A DNA stretch of 64,000 bases from contig JAVHQC010000032.1 in NCBI GenBank assembly GCA_036170915.1, positions 32,001-96,000 of the forward strand, written 5' to 3'. Positions 1 through 9,697 of the stretch are shown in pieces; the stretch's first letter is position 1, and every line of letters begins with the position of its first letter. A model generated the notes under the pieces. That model made no database searches, was not told where the DNA came from, and saw only the letters and a program-made list of their open reading frames with translations. Origin of the DNA: Cyanobacteria bacterium auto_48_18. Its GTDB lineage: Bacteria; Cyanobacteriota; Vampirovibrionia; Obscuribacterales; Obscuribacteraceae. The position numbers were made by a program, and so were the translations under genes.

Positions 1-395
1 TCACGAAAAATCATTACATCTTGCGCTTGCCCGTGATTGCGCCGCAACACTGCGCGCACGCGCGCGGCCAGCTCTTTCAATAAAAATGGCTTGGTCATAT
101 AATCGTCGGCGCCTGAATCAAGACCGGTCTCTTTATCATCAACATGCCCCTTGGCTGTAACCATAATAATTCCGGCGGACCCACCGGCCTTACGATAACG
201 TTTGCAAATCTCCATACCGTTTAATGACGGCAGCATGATATCGAGAATAACAACGTCATAGTTGTTAGTCTCCATGCGAATCAGAGCCTCTAACCCATCA
301 TCAGCTATTTCGACAAGATGATGCTCCTTAACCAGCCAGTTCTTTACAAGCTCCGCCAGATCGGCCTCGTCTTCAACAATGAGAATTTTTGCCAT
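1..395 (-). CDS. OmpR/PhoB-family response regulator (receiver domain visible; runs off the left edge)
   Basis: Not in the ORF track. Manual translation from ATG at 395 gives MAKILIVEDEADLAELVKNWL...YDVVILDIMLPSLNGMEICKRYR...IIMVTAKGHVDDKETGLDSGADDYMTKPFLLKELAARVRAVLRR, a canonical receiver motif set (ED, phospho-Asp in LDIMLP, T, KPF). Confidence 0.92.
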   Translation of the reverse strand, partial: MAKILIVEDEADLAELVKNWLVKEHHLVEIADDGLEALIRMETNNYDVVILDIMLPSLNGMEICKRYRKAGGSAGIIMVTAKGHVDDKETGLDSGADDYMTKPFLLKELAARVRAVLRRNHGQAQDVMIFR

Positions 396-412
396 AGTTC
401 AATAATACTATC

Positions 413-2047
413 TCAGCGTGCTGCCGCCGCCTGTTTGCGGCAAGATGTGGGATGAGGCGAAACGCTTTGATGCAATTCCAGGCCGGTAAAGGCCACAGAG
501 CCGCCACTATTGGCCTGGTCTTGGGCAAAATCATGTAAGTGTTCCATGACAGTGTGATCGATAAAAGTGGCATGGCTCAGATCGAAAATTATTTTCTTGT
601 TGCGGCCAATGCCAGACAGATATTCTGTAATAGAAAGGTAATTAGAAAAAATCGCAGCGTCGGCAATTTTGACAACTACCGTATCTGGCGCAGCTGAGAA
701 TACCTCCACATTGGCTTTGAAGAGCTGATTGAGATGCACACCGCGCAGAATATGCAAGAGAAACTTCACGGCAACGCCGGCCGCTACACCAATTAGCAAA
801 TCGGTGGCAAGCGTCACGGCAATAGTGGTGACAAAAAGCAAAGTCTGTTCCCAACCGATGGCATGGGTCTCCTTAAAAACTCGTGGTGCCGCCAGTCGGT
901 AACCGGTGAAAACTAAAAGTGCGGCTAAAGAAGCAAGGGGAATAGTATTGATCAATGAGGCCGCCAGCAGAACAAAACTGAAAACGAATAGCCCATGAAA
1001 AAAATTGGACCAGCGAGTTTTGGCACCACTAGTGACATTGGCAGTACTTCTAACAATCTCGGCAATTACCGGCAAGCCACCGATCATTCCTGAAACAGCA
1101 CTGCCCAGGCCCACTGCAGAAAGATCGCGGCTTAAATTTGCATGCCTTTTGTATGGATCTAATTTGTCGACAGCGGCACAACTGAGCACTGTTTCAATGC
1201 CCTGCACCAGAGTGATGGAGAGCACTGAGAGCCAAAAGCCATTTAATTTAATGGCTGAAAAGTCGGGAAAGGCAAAGGCGCTAACCATGTTGGTCGGCAC
1301 CTGTACAAGGCATTTGGCTGGATTGATATCGAAACTCTGGCCGCAAAATGCATAAGAATGCTTGGTAGTTATGTGAAAGGCAATGCCTAATGCGCAAGCG
1401 CAAAGCACCACAATAATTGGTGCGGGAATTTTGCGGAGGATGCCACCTCTAACAAATGTCAGGCCAATTAAAATAATCATGCTCACTATGCCGATAGCGG
1501 CGATTTCAGGATTGGCATGGGCAATTGTGGTTGGCAGTTCCAAGAACAAATGTATTGGTTCTTTTGCCGTGGTCGCAGCACCCAGCATTACAGGAAATTG
1601 TTTGAGCATAATGACGATGCCGATTGATGCCAGCATGCCATGAACAACCGAAGCAGGGAAAAACTTGCCGATTTCGCCGGCTTTTAGTAAACCCATGATG
1701 AACAGTAAAACACCTGATATAACAATGGCCGCCAGGGTCGCTTGGTAGCCCTGTGAACCACCACCCAGTCTCTCAACAGACGAGACTATGACCACAATTA
1801 AACCAGCCGCAGGCCCGTTAATGGTGACGTGCGAACCGCTAATTTGCGAAACGAGAATGCCACCTACCATAGCCGCGATAATGCCCGCCATGGGTGGCAT
1901 CCCGGATGCCATGGCGATGCCCAGAGAAAGCGGCAAGGCAATCAAGAAAAGAATAAAACCGGAAACTATGTCTGTTTTCCAGTTTTGCTTCAGTCCGGCC
2001 AATCTATCTAAAGGAACGGGCACAGCTGAAAGTGGATCTGATGACAT
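413..2047 (-). CDS. SulP/SLC26-family anion (sulfate/bicarbonate) permease with C-terminal STAS domain
   Basis: [32 protein letters not shown] and [28 protein letters not shown] motifs; STAS-like [14 protein letters not shown]. Start placed at ATG 2047 (the ORF track extends to 2065). Confidence 0.93.
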   Translation of the reverse strand: [544 protein letters not shown]

Positions 2048-2204
2048 TGAAGGGCTCCGAAACAAACTGCTGTGGCTTAGATTCGACCATAACAGGCAAA
2101 AGTGATGAACATGTGATCAATTCTTGAAGCAAACGCAACACATGGCGAAATCGGCTGACCAGGCCAACACACTTCGATCACATTTGGCTGTTAGCGTACT
2201 ATTA

Positions 2205-4211
2205 ATGTTCAACGACTTAGCTCAAATATCAGCTGCTCACTTGTTCACCGGCGCCAGCGCCTTATGGCTCGCAGGCATTTGCATTAGCGCCATAGGACGA
2301 GAGCGGGACAAAGACATCCAGCTGGCAGCAATTATGCTCATCGGTTGTTTGCTGGCTTTAACCGGTGCTGCACTTTCGTGGAATCATGCAATTGAATACA
2401 ATCAGTTACACTTTATCTCTTTTGGCCTGGCTCAGGCCGATGCTCGAGTAGATTCACTCAGCGTTCCTTTTATCTCTTTGCTCGGTCTACTGGGCTCAGC
2501 CGCAGCGGTAGCCAGCCCCAGTCATCTCGCCAGCTTTAAAGATCGAGGCAAAAAAGGTCATTACTGGAAGCTGACATTCATATTTATGATTGGCATGCTG
2601 CAGGTTTTACTAGCCGCCAATGCCATTGCGTTCTTAGTGTTCTGGGAAATTATGTCGCTTTCATCGGCCGCCCTGGTAGCCGCTGATCACGTGCGCCATC
2701 GGGCCCAGCGGGCCGCTTTTGCCTACCTTACCGCTACCCGCATTTCGACTGCATTTATTACTGCCGCCTTTTTGTTTATGCATCAAAACACCGGCAGTTG
2801 GTCGCTGGCCGCCTGGCATTTCGACACGCCTGACAGCCTGTGTGCCGCGGTTTTATTGCTGATTGGCGTGTGCACCAAAGCTGGTGTCTGGCCCATGCAT
2901 GTCTGGTTACCGTTGGCTTATCCTGAGCCGCCGGCTCCTACTTCCGCCCTGTTTAGCGGCCTAGTGGGCAATATGGCCATCTTTTTGCTCATGCGCCTGC
3001 TGCTGGCAGGATCATGCAATCACCTGGCCATTGCTTACATCGCCATGGCTCTCGGTACAGTCTCAGCCGTATGGGGAGTGCTTTTTGCTCTGATGGAACG
3101 AGACCTGAAAAAACTTTTGGCTTATTCTTCCGTAGAGAATATGGGCATCATAATCACCACCATTGGTGTTGCGGTTCTAGCCCACAGCCACGGTCTCAAT
3201 GACGTGGCGGCGCTAGCAGCAGCCGGTGCGCTCTTCCATTCACTCAATCACGGTCTTGTTAAAGCGCTCTTATTCTTAGGTGCTGCTTCAGTCGAACGCG
3301 CTGCGCACACAAGAGTGCTCTCAGCTCTCGGTGGGCTTTCGAAAAGCATGCCCTGGACTATGCTCTGCTTTTTTGTCGGCTCACTTTCAATTTGCGCAAT
3401 GCCGCCAATGAATTGTTTTGCCAGCAAATGGCTGGTTTATCAAAGCTTTTTCCACTTATCGTTCGCGCACGTGCCCATTCTCGAGAGAGCCATAGCACTG
3501 GCAATGGTAGGTGTTTTAGCATTCGTAGGCGCGCTGTCGCTGGCATGCTTCACCAAAGCGGTTGGCATTGCCTTTCTCGGCAGACCGCGTACTAATGCAG
3601 CTGCCAAAGCTAAAGAATCTCCCACAGGTAGTCCAGATGGTCTGATTCTCGCGCAACTTATACTTACTGTGGCCTGCGTCATGGTAGGCACCTCGGTGCC
3701 AATTGTCCTCGAGGGCCTCACACCTGCAATTCAGCAGCTGACAAATAATCACATTATAGAGGGCCCAGCTCTTTTCTCTCTGCCCATCGGGCAGCTGACT
3801 CTAGTAGGTGCCGCTCTCGTATCGGGCATTTATATTTTTGTGCTGGGCGGAAAGTCAGCCACGGTGAAAAACTACATCACCTGGGATTGCGGATTCGGCC
3901 CCCTTTCTACGCGAACAGAAGAAACCGGTTCAAGCTTTTCGCACCCCATTGGTCGCATTTTTTCTCAAGTTCTGCAAATGAAAGTAAGCACTGAAATATC
4001 AGGAAAAGACAGGCGACACTTCCCCGAAATTGTGAAAGTAGAAACTTTTATGACACCAATTCTGGAAACCAAAATTTATCAACCGCTAATCAATGCCTTT
4101 AACTGGCTCTCCAGCTCACTGGTGCGCCTGCAAACCGGCAGCATTCACATTCACTTACTCTATGTATTTTTGACCATGATTCTTCTGGTTTTCCTTGGTA
4201 CTAATATATGA
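2205..4211 (+). CDS. hyfB: Hydrogenase-4 component B-like proton-translocating antiporter subunit (NuoL/MrpA-D superfamily)
   Basis: FLVFWEIMSL, KAGVWPMHVWLP, ERDLKKLLAYSSVENMG, NHGLVKALLFL, AFLGRPR and TWDCGF motifs; first gene of a tight operon. ATG 2205 preferred over TTG 2124. Confidence 0.88.
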   Translation: MFNDLAQISAAHLFTGASALWLAGICISAIGRERDKDIQLAAIMLIGCLLALTGAALSWNHAIEYNQLHFISFGLAQADARVDSLSVPFISLLGLLGSAAAVASPSHLASFKDRGKKGHYWKLTFIFMIGMLQVLLAANAIAFLVFWEIMSLSSAALVAADHVRHRAQRAAFAYLTATRISTAFITAAFLFMHQNTGSWSLAAWHFDTPDSLCAAVLLLIGVCTKAGVWPMHVWLPLAYPEPPAPTSALFSGLVGNMAIFLLMRLLLAGSCNHLAIAYIAMALGTVSAVWGVLFALMERDLKKLLAYSSVENMGIIITTIGVAVLAHSHGLNDVAALAAAGALFHSLNHGLVKALLFLGAASVERAAHTRVLSALGGLSKSMPWTMLCFFVGSLSICAMPPMNCFASKWLVYQSFFHLSFAHVPILERAIALAMVGVLAFVGALSLACFTKAVGIAFLGRPRTNAAAKAKESPTGSPDGLILAQLILTVACVMVGTSVPIVLEGLTPAIQQLTNNHIIEGPALFSLPIGQLTLVGAALVSGIYIFVLGGKSATVKNYITWDCGFGPLSTRTEETGSSFSHPIGRIFSQVLQMKVSTEISGKDRRHFPEIVKVETFMTPILETKIYQPLINAFNWLSSSLVRLQTGSIHIHLLYVFLTMILLVFLGTNI

Positions 4212-5155
4212 ATCTTGCTCTACATACTATGCTGGAAACATTGGGCTTCACCGCCACATTCTTGTTATTGCCGCCACTGATTGTCGGTGTGATTCGCAAG
4301 ACCAAAGCGCGTTTTCAAAATCGCATGGGTGCGCCATTATTGCAACCATATTATGACCTGCTCAAACTTTTGAGCAAAAGCGAAACCATAAGCAAACACA
4401 CCAGCTGGATATTTCGCAGCACAGCAGCAGTGAATTTATCAATGTTGATTATTCTTGCATATCTTGCACCATGGACATCATTTAGACCTTTTGCAATGGG
4501 CAGCGATCTTTTTCTTGTAATTTACTTACTGGCTCTGACCCGCTTTTTCACAGTGCTCTCTGCTCTTGATGCAGGCTCTGCTTTTGGTGGTTTTGGTGCC
4601 AGCCGTGAAGTCACTCTAGCCCTTCTAGTGGAACCCTCTGTGATTCTTTGCCTGGCGTCGCTGGGTTCAATTAGCCAATCGAGCGACCTGGCTTTTGTCT
4701 TTTCATTTAAGAACACAGAACTGCTCAACCAACCAGGTCTGTGGTTCATCGCCGGTTGCGGTCTATTTCTTGCCAGCCTGGTGGAATTGTCGCGTATGCC
4801 CGCAGACGATCCCACAACTCACCTGGAATTGACCATGGTGCACGAAGCCATGATTCTCGAAAACTCTGCTGCAAATCTGGCTCTGGTTGAATACGCGCAC
4901 TTTCTCAAAATTCTAATTTTGCTTGGTATATCAAGCCAGTGCTTGCTTCATGCCGTACCTTTTTTCTGGCACACCACAGAGCTTATTCGCGCCTCTGCTT
5001 CAATCGGCTGCATTCTTCTGATGGCCATTAGCATCGCTGTGATTGAGAGCGTGGCAGTTAAATTGCGCTGGACCAAACTGCCTGAGTTCATTGCTTACTC
5101 TGTGGCCATGAGCATCTTTTGCGTTTTCATAGCCCTGGGCAAGAACCTGAACTGA
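4208..5155 (+). CDS. hyfC: HyfC/HycD (NuoH-like) membrane subunit
   Basis: KTKARFQNRMGAPLLQPYYDLLKLL, GGFGASRE and RMPADDPTTHLELTMVHEAMILE motifs; 4-bp overlap with the upstream gene. Confidence 0.9.
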   Translation: MNLALHTMLETLGFTATFLLLPPLIVGVIRKTKARFQNRMGAPLLQPYYDLLKLLSKSETISKHTSWIFRSTAAVNLSMLIILAYLAPWTSFRPFAMGSDLFLVIYLLALTRFFTVLSALDAGSAFGGFGASREVTLALLVEPSVILCLASLGSISQSSDLAFVFSFKNTELLNQPGLWFIAGCGLFLASLVELSRMPADDPTTHLELTMVHEAMILENSAANLALVEYAHFLKILILLGISSQCLLHAVPFFWHTTELIRASASIGCILLMAISIAVIESVAVKLRWTKLPEFIAYSVAMSIFCVFIALGKNLN

Positions 5156-5166
5156 GGATTAAAAAA

Positions 5167-5817
5167 ATGGTTCTCAATACATTTGAAGCACTGACAATGT
5201 TAGCAGCCATTCTTGCAATTCTCATTCTTGGCACCACTCATTTGCGCACCAATCTGTCTTTCTATTCGCTGCACACCACAGCCCTTGCGGCAGTAACAGC
5301 CTGGATCGCCAACATTACACATGACTCGCATTTATATGTAGTTGCAGCGGCAGTTTTTGCTATCAAAGGCTGGGTAATTCCTTACTTTCTCAATAGTGTA
5401 ATTAAAAAAATTGGTATCGGCACCGACACTGGTGCTTTCATCGCCGCCCCACTTTCAATGCATCTAGGCGCTCTGCTGCTTGGTTTATCGTATGTAATCA
5501 GCCAGCAAATTCCTGGCCTGATTGGCGACCTTGATTCGCGCATAGGATCTACGGCCGCCATGTCGATTTTGTTCTCCGGGGTGCTGCTAATGCTCACAAG
5601 GCGAGCGGCTATCAGTCAAATTGTTGGTTTTCTCGTGATTGAAAACGGCGTCTATCTGTTTGCCATTACGCAAACTCACGGCATGCCGCTAATGGTAGAA
5701 ATGGGTCTGCTTCTGGAAGTACTAGTGGCGGTAATGGTGGCAGGCTTGCTGCTCTTTAATATCAAAAAGAGCTTTGAGCATATCGATGTCAGCCAGCTTA
5801 CAGAATTAAAGGACTGA
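5167..5817 (+). CDS. hyfE: HyfE-like membrane subunit
   Basis: SQIVGFLVIENG, GMPLMVEMG and C-terminal IDVSQLTELKD typical of HyfE; ATG 5167 follows GAGGA. Confidence 0.88.
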   Translation: MVLNTFEALTMLAAILAILILGTTHLRTNLSFYSLHTTALAAVTAWIANITHDSHLYVVAAAVFAIKGWVIPYFLNSVIKKIGIGTDTGAFIAAPLSMHLGALLLGLSYVISQQIPGLIGDLDSRIGSTAAMSILFSGVLLMLTRRAAISQIVGFLVIENGVYLFAITQTHGMPLMVEMGLLLEVLVAVMVAGLLLFNIKKSFEHIDVSQLTELKD

Positions 5818-5822
5818 GGCCA

Positions 5823-7262
5823 ATGAACGACCTGCTCCACTTAATTGTATTGCCCGCGGCCCTGGCCCTGATCAGCTTATTTCTAGAAGTAAAATTGACA
5901 CGCAAACTTGTGCCCATCATGCTCTGGTGGCAACTGGCTATCGTTGTTTTTGTGCTGCATCCTTGCTTACAAGGCGCTGAACGGATGCAATTTTCCAGCG
6001 GGCTAGCCGTGGATAAAATGGGCACTTACTTCATTTTACTGACCACCTTCGTTGTCTCGTGCTGCGTCACTCACGCCGACTACTATTTTGCCGCAGCTGA
6101 AGCAAACGGAGATGGATACGCAGCGCGATCGCTGCGCCTTTTCTATGCATCTGTCAACCTATTTTTACTGGCCATGACCACAGTTTTTGTTTGCGACAAT
6201 CTTGCTTATTTATGGATTGCCATTGAAGCCACTACTCTTTCATCAGCACCGCTGGTCTATTTTGAACGCAACAAATTTGCCCTGGAGGCCACCTGGAAAT
6301 ATTTGATGGTCTGCTCAGTGGGCATCGCTTTTGCCTTGCTGGGCACCGTATTTATTTTTGCCGCCAGTCAACGCGGCACGTTAGTGGAGCCCACCCTCAA
6401 TATTTCAGAGTTAATTACCAATGCTCAGCTGTTGAATTTTCCACTATTACGTCTTGGTTTCATTTTTTGCTTAATCGGCTACGGCACCAAGGCTGGTATC
6501 TTCCCGCTGCACACCTGGCTGCCGGATGCTCACGCTGAATCACCAGCACCCGCATCAGCAATGCTTTCTGGAGCGCTCTTAAACTGCGCTTTGTTCGGCA
6601 TCTGGAAAGTAGCAAGTATTATTAACGCCGCCCAACCCCACTCTCACGTGCATCAGTTGGTGGCGATTATTGGCACCATCACTGTTGTCGCTGCCAGTTT
6701 ATTACTATTGCGCCAGCACAACTTCAAAAGACTATGGGCCTACTCGAGCATTGAAAACGTAGGTCTGATGCTATTTGCCATCGGACTGGGATCAGGGCCC
6801 CTATTTTTCTTACAGGCTCTCAATCATAGCCTGGCAAAAGTGGCATTGTTTCTATTGACCGGTAATATCATTCAGGCCTCGGGCACAAAAAAATTGAATA
6901 AAATGCATGGTGTTATTGAAGACTGTCCTATTTGGGCCGGATTGCTGGCTCTGGCAGCCTTCGCTGTCACCGGTGCACCTCCCTTTGGTGCCTTTGTGGC
7001 CGAGATGTCTATGCTCAGTTTAAGTATGTCGGATGGCCGCTGGATACTGGCTCTAATTATGACTGGCGCCATCGCTATCAGTTTTGTGGCCATTCTCGCG
7101 CACGTGGGCAAAGTAATTCTCGGCAGCGGCAAACAAGGTTTTAAAAGCTTCCAACCGACGCGTGCATCAATTATTCCGGCGATTCTTGTGATTGGCACCC
7201 TGTTCCTTGGAGTGTGCGTCAACACCGAAGCCTGGTCAGGCTCATGGAGCGTAATTAGATGA
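5823..7262 (+). CDS. hyfF: HyfF-like proton-translocating antiporter subunit
   Basis: WIAIEATTL, ALEATWKY, GYGTKAGIFPLHTWLPDAHAESPAP and KRLWAYSSIEN motifs. Confidence 0.9.
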   Translation: MNDLLHLIVLPAALALISLFLEVKLTRKLVPIMLWWQLAIVVFVLHPCLQGAERMQFSSGLAVDKMGTYFILLTTFVVSCCVTHADYYFAAAEANGDGYAARSLRLFYASVNLFLLAMTTVFVCDNLAYLWIAIEATTLSSAPLVYFERNKFALEATWKYLMVCSVGIAFALLGTVFIFAASQRGTLVEPTLNISELITNAQLLNFPLLRLGFIFCLIGYGTKAGIFPLHTWLPDAHAESPAPASAMLSGALLNCALFGIWKVASIINAAQPHSHVHQLVAIIGTITVVAASLLLLRQHNFKRLWAYSSIENVGLMLFAIGLGSGPLFFLQALNHSLAKVALFLLTGNIIQASGTKKLNKMHGVIEDCPIWAGLLALAAFAVTGAPPFGAFVAEMSMLSLSMSDGRWILALIMTGAIAISFVAILAHVGKVILGSGKQGFKSFQPTRASIIPAILVIGTLFLGVCVNTEAWSGSWSVIR

Positions 7263-8752
7263 AATTAGAACGCCTAGAGATGCCCGTGGATCAGTTGCAT
7301 GACAAGCTGGCTCGCACCCTGACAAAAGATTCGACCAAGCGTCTTGGTTTACTTACATCCATCGATGGTGGGCAACTGGTTACACTTTTGCTCAACCCAA
7401 AAGATGGCACCGCAGAACTTTTAATTAGCCCTCTGGAATTGGAGCGTAACAACTATCGCTCGTTGACGCCAAAGCTGGCTCAACTTCACTGGTTCGAAAG
7501 AGCGCTTTTTGACTCTTTCGGTATCGTGCCTGATGGCCATCCGCGCTTTAAGCATCTAATTTTGCATGAACAGTATGAAGCTGATTTTTTCCCGCTGCGC
7601 AAAATTGCCTTGCCTGAAAACTTTGAGAATGTTCTGCCCCGTCGCTATGAATTTCTTGAGGTCAAAGGTGAGGGCGTCTATGAGTTGCCTGTAGGCCCGA
7701 TTCACGCAGGGGTCATTGAGCCCGGTCACTTCCGCTTTAGTTGCTTTGGCGAGACCATCGTTAATCTGGAAATCAGACTGGGTTGGGTGCATCGCGGTGT
7801 GGAAAAACGTCTCACTGAAGTACCGTGGCAGAAGGCTCACTTTGTCGCCGAAGCGGCCGCCAGCGACACCGCCTGCGCTAATGCTTTTGCACACGCCATT
7901 GCCATCGAATCTATTTTAGGAGTGACAGTTAGCGAACGGGCTCAATATTTACGTTCTATCGCATTGGAAATAGAACGATTGGCCATGCACATAATTGATG
8001 TAGGCGGCATCGGTACCGACATTGGCCTGCTCGGTGTAGCCAGTGCTATGGGCCGTCTTCGCGGCAAAGCGCTGGGGCTCGCTGATTTGCTTTCAGGCTC
8101 GCGCTTTCTGCGTGGTTTTATTTTTCCTGGTGGTGTGCGATCGGTGAATGAGAGAAAACTCTCTGAAATTAAAGCCGGAGTGACAGACTTGCGCAAAGAA
8201 CTAGCGCCGGTGATTCAGATACTTTCAGAAAATCAAATGGCTACAGAAAGAATGAAAGATATCGGCAAACTGTCACGCTCGCTGGCCCATGAATTTGGCA
8301 TGGTGGGCGTCATGGCACGAGCCTGCGGTATCGAATACGACAGCAGATTATCGTTTAAACAGGGCAAATTTCCCGAGCTAGCACCATCAATAGTGACCGA
8401 ACTAGGCGGCGACATTCTTGCTCGCACTAGAGTGCGCATCGGCGAGATTGCCACCACTCTCGATACTATTGAAAAGTTAGTGGACGGCTGCCCTCATGGC
8501 GAAGAAAAAATGGCATTGCCAGAAAAATTACCGGCAAATGCCACTGGTTTAGGTATTGTTGAAGCCTTTCGCGGTGAGTTGATTCACCTTATATTTACTG
8601 ACGAAGCGGGCAAAATTTCACGCTATGCCATCAAAGACCCAAGTTTTGAAAACTGGACGGCAATATCGATTGCCATTCGTGAAAATCTCATTGCTGATTT
8701 TCCACTCTGCAACAAAAGCATGGCCCTTTCATACAGCGGTAACGACCTCTAA
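7259..8752 (+). CDS. hyfG: HyfG/HycE-like large subunit (NuoC+NuoD fusion) lacking the Ni-Fe CxxC ligands (Ehr type)
   Basis: WFERALFDSFGIVPDGHP, VGPIHAGVIEPGHFRF, LGWVHRGVEK and EAFRGE motifs. The L1 site reads EAAASDTACANA and the C-terminus reads DFPLCNKSMALSYSGNDL, instead of RxCGxC and DPCxSC. Confidence 0.9.
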   Translation: MKLERLEMPVDQLHDKLARTLTKDSTKRLGLLTSIDGGQLVTLLLNPKDGTAELLISPLELERNNYRSLTPKLAQLHWFERALFDSFGIVPDGHPRFKHLILHEQYEADFFPLRKIALPENFENVLPRRYEFLEVKGEGVYELPVGPIHAGVIEPGHFRFSCFGETIVNLEIRLGWVHRGVEKRLTEVPWQKAHFVAEAAASDTACANAFAHAIAIESILGVTVSERAQYLRSIALEIERLAMHIIDVGGIGTDIGLLGVASAMGRLRGKALGLADLLSGSRFLRGFIFPGGVRSVNERKLSEIKAGVTDLRKELAPVIQILSENQMATERMKDIGKLSRSLAHEFGMVGVMARACGIEYDSRLSFKQGKFPELAPSIVTELGGDILARTRVRIGEIATTLDTIEKLVDGCPHGEEKMALPEKLPANATGLGIVEAFRGELIHLIFTDEAGKISRYAIKDPSFENWTAISIAIRENLIADFPLCNKSMALSYSGNDL

Positions 8753-8771
8753 TTTTAAAGCGGAAAGCATA

Positions 8772-9611
8772 ATGTTGAAACTCATTTCTTATCTACTGCA
8801 GCAAGGCATCGTTACCAACAAAAATATTTGTCCGGACCTGGCGGAAGGCGTGCGCGGGCTACCCATGATTACCGATGTACCTTGCAGTATCGGCTGCACA
8901 GCTTGCGTAGAGGCCTGTCCCACCGATGCAATTTCTGTCTTTAAAATCGAAGAGAGCGGTCACATCAAGCTTGATTTAGGCCTCTGCATCAGCTGCGGCT
9001 ATTGTGTCGATGCATGCCCCACAGGCACCATTACTAATAACCCCAGTACGCGCGTGGCAGTGAGCAGGCGTGAAGATTTGATTTTAACGACATCAGGTCA
9101 GCCGCGTGAGAATCAACTTTTGGCCGCATCAACGATCGTGGCCGCCCCGGATTCTCTCAGAAAAGCACACTGGTTTAAGCGCTCAGTAGCCGCACGAGTA
9201 GTTTCGACAGGGTGCTCTGCCTGCGATATGGAACTCGGCGCAGCCGGAAACCCCATATTTGATATGGAAAGATTCGGTGTACACATCGTCGCTTCACCAA
9301 GGTTTGCCGACGCTTTAATTGTCACCGGGCCTATTTCAAAGGGCATGCAAGAAGCACTCAAAAGTTGTTATGGTGCCATGTCTAGCCCGCGAATCGTGAT
9401 TGCGCTCGGCACCTGTGCAATATCTGGCGGTGTTCACCGTGGCGGATATGCTAGCGCCAATGGCATCGCGGACCTGTTGCCCGTCAATGTCTATATTCCT
9501 GGTTGCCCGCCACATCCGTGGAGTATTATTCACGGCATGCTAGTGGCCATGGGTAAAGAACATTTGGCCCCACGGCCGGTGTCGAGGCTTTCATTGCGCA
9601 TCGAAAAATAG
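8772..9611 (+). CDS. hyfI: Fused 2x[4Fe-4S] ferredoxin (HyfH/NuoI-like) and NuoB/HyfI-like small subunit
   Basis: CIGCTACVEACP-type and CISCGYCVDACP cluster motifs, followed by GCSACDME, ASPRFADALIVTGP, GTCAISGG and IPGCPPHP; ATG at 8772. Confidence 0.88.
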   Translation: MLKLISYLLQQGIVTNKNICPDLAEGVRGLPMITDVPCSIGCTACVEACPTDAISVFKIEESGHIKLDLGLCISCGYCVDACPTGTITNNPSTRVAVSRREDLILTTSGQPRENQLLAASTIVAAPDSLRKAHWFKRSVAARVVSTGCSACDMELGAAGNPIFDMERFGVHIVASPRFADALIVTGPISKGMQEALKSCYGAMSSPRIVIALGTCAISGGVHRGGYASANGIADLLPVNVYIPGCPPHPWSIIHGMLVAMGKEHLAPRPVSRLSLRIEK

Positions 9612-9618
9612 ACATGCT

Positions 9619-9657
9619 AAAACGCAGAGAAATTTTCGGAAAATTTCTCTGCGTTTT
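9619..9657. terminator. Probable bidirectional intrinsic terminator
   Basis: AAAACGCAGAGAAATTTT-CGG-AAAATTTCTCTGCGTTTT is a perfect 18-bp inverted repeat between convergent genes. Confidence 0.8.
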
Positions 9658-9697
9658 GGAATGTTGTGAAAGAGATAGCAATGACCGATTCACATAA

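Noticed and set aside
2205..9611. Formate hydrogenlyase, true [NiFe] group 4 hydrogenase, or complex I (nuo) operon
   Set aside because: The Ni-Fe cysteine motifs are absent, there are no maturation or fdh genes, and the gene set and order are hyf-like rather than nuoA-N.
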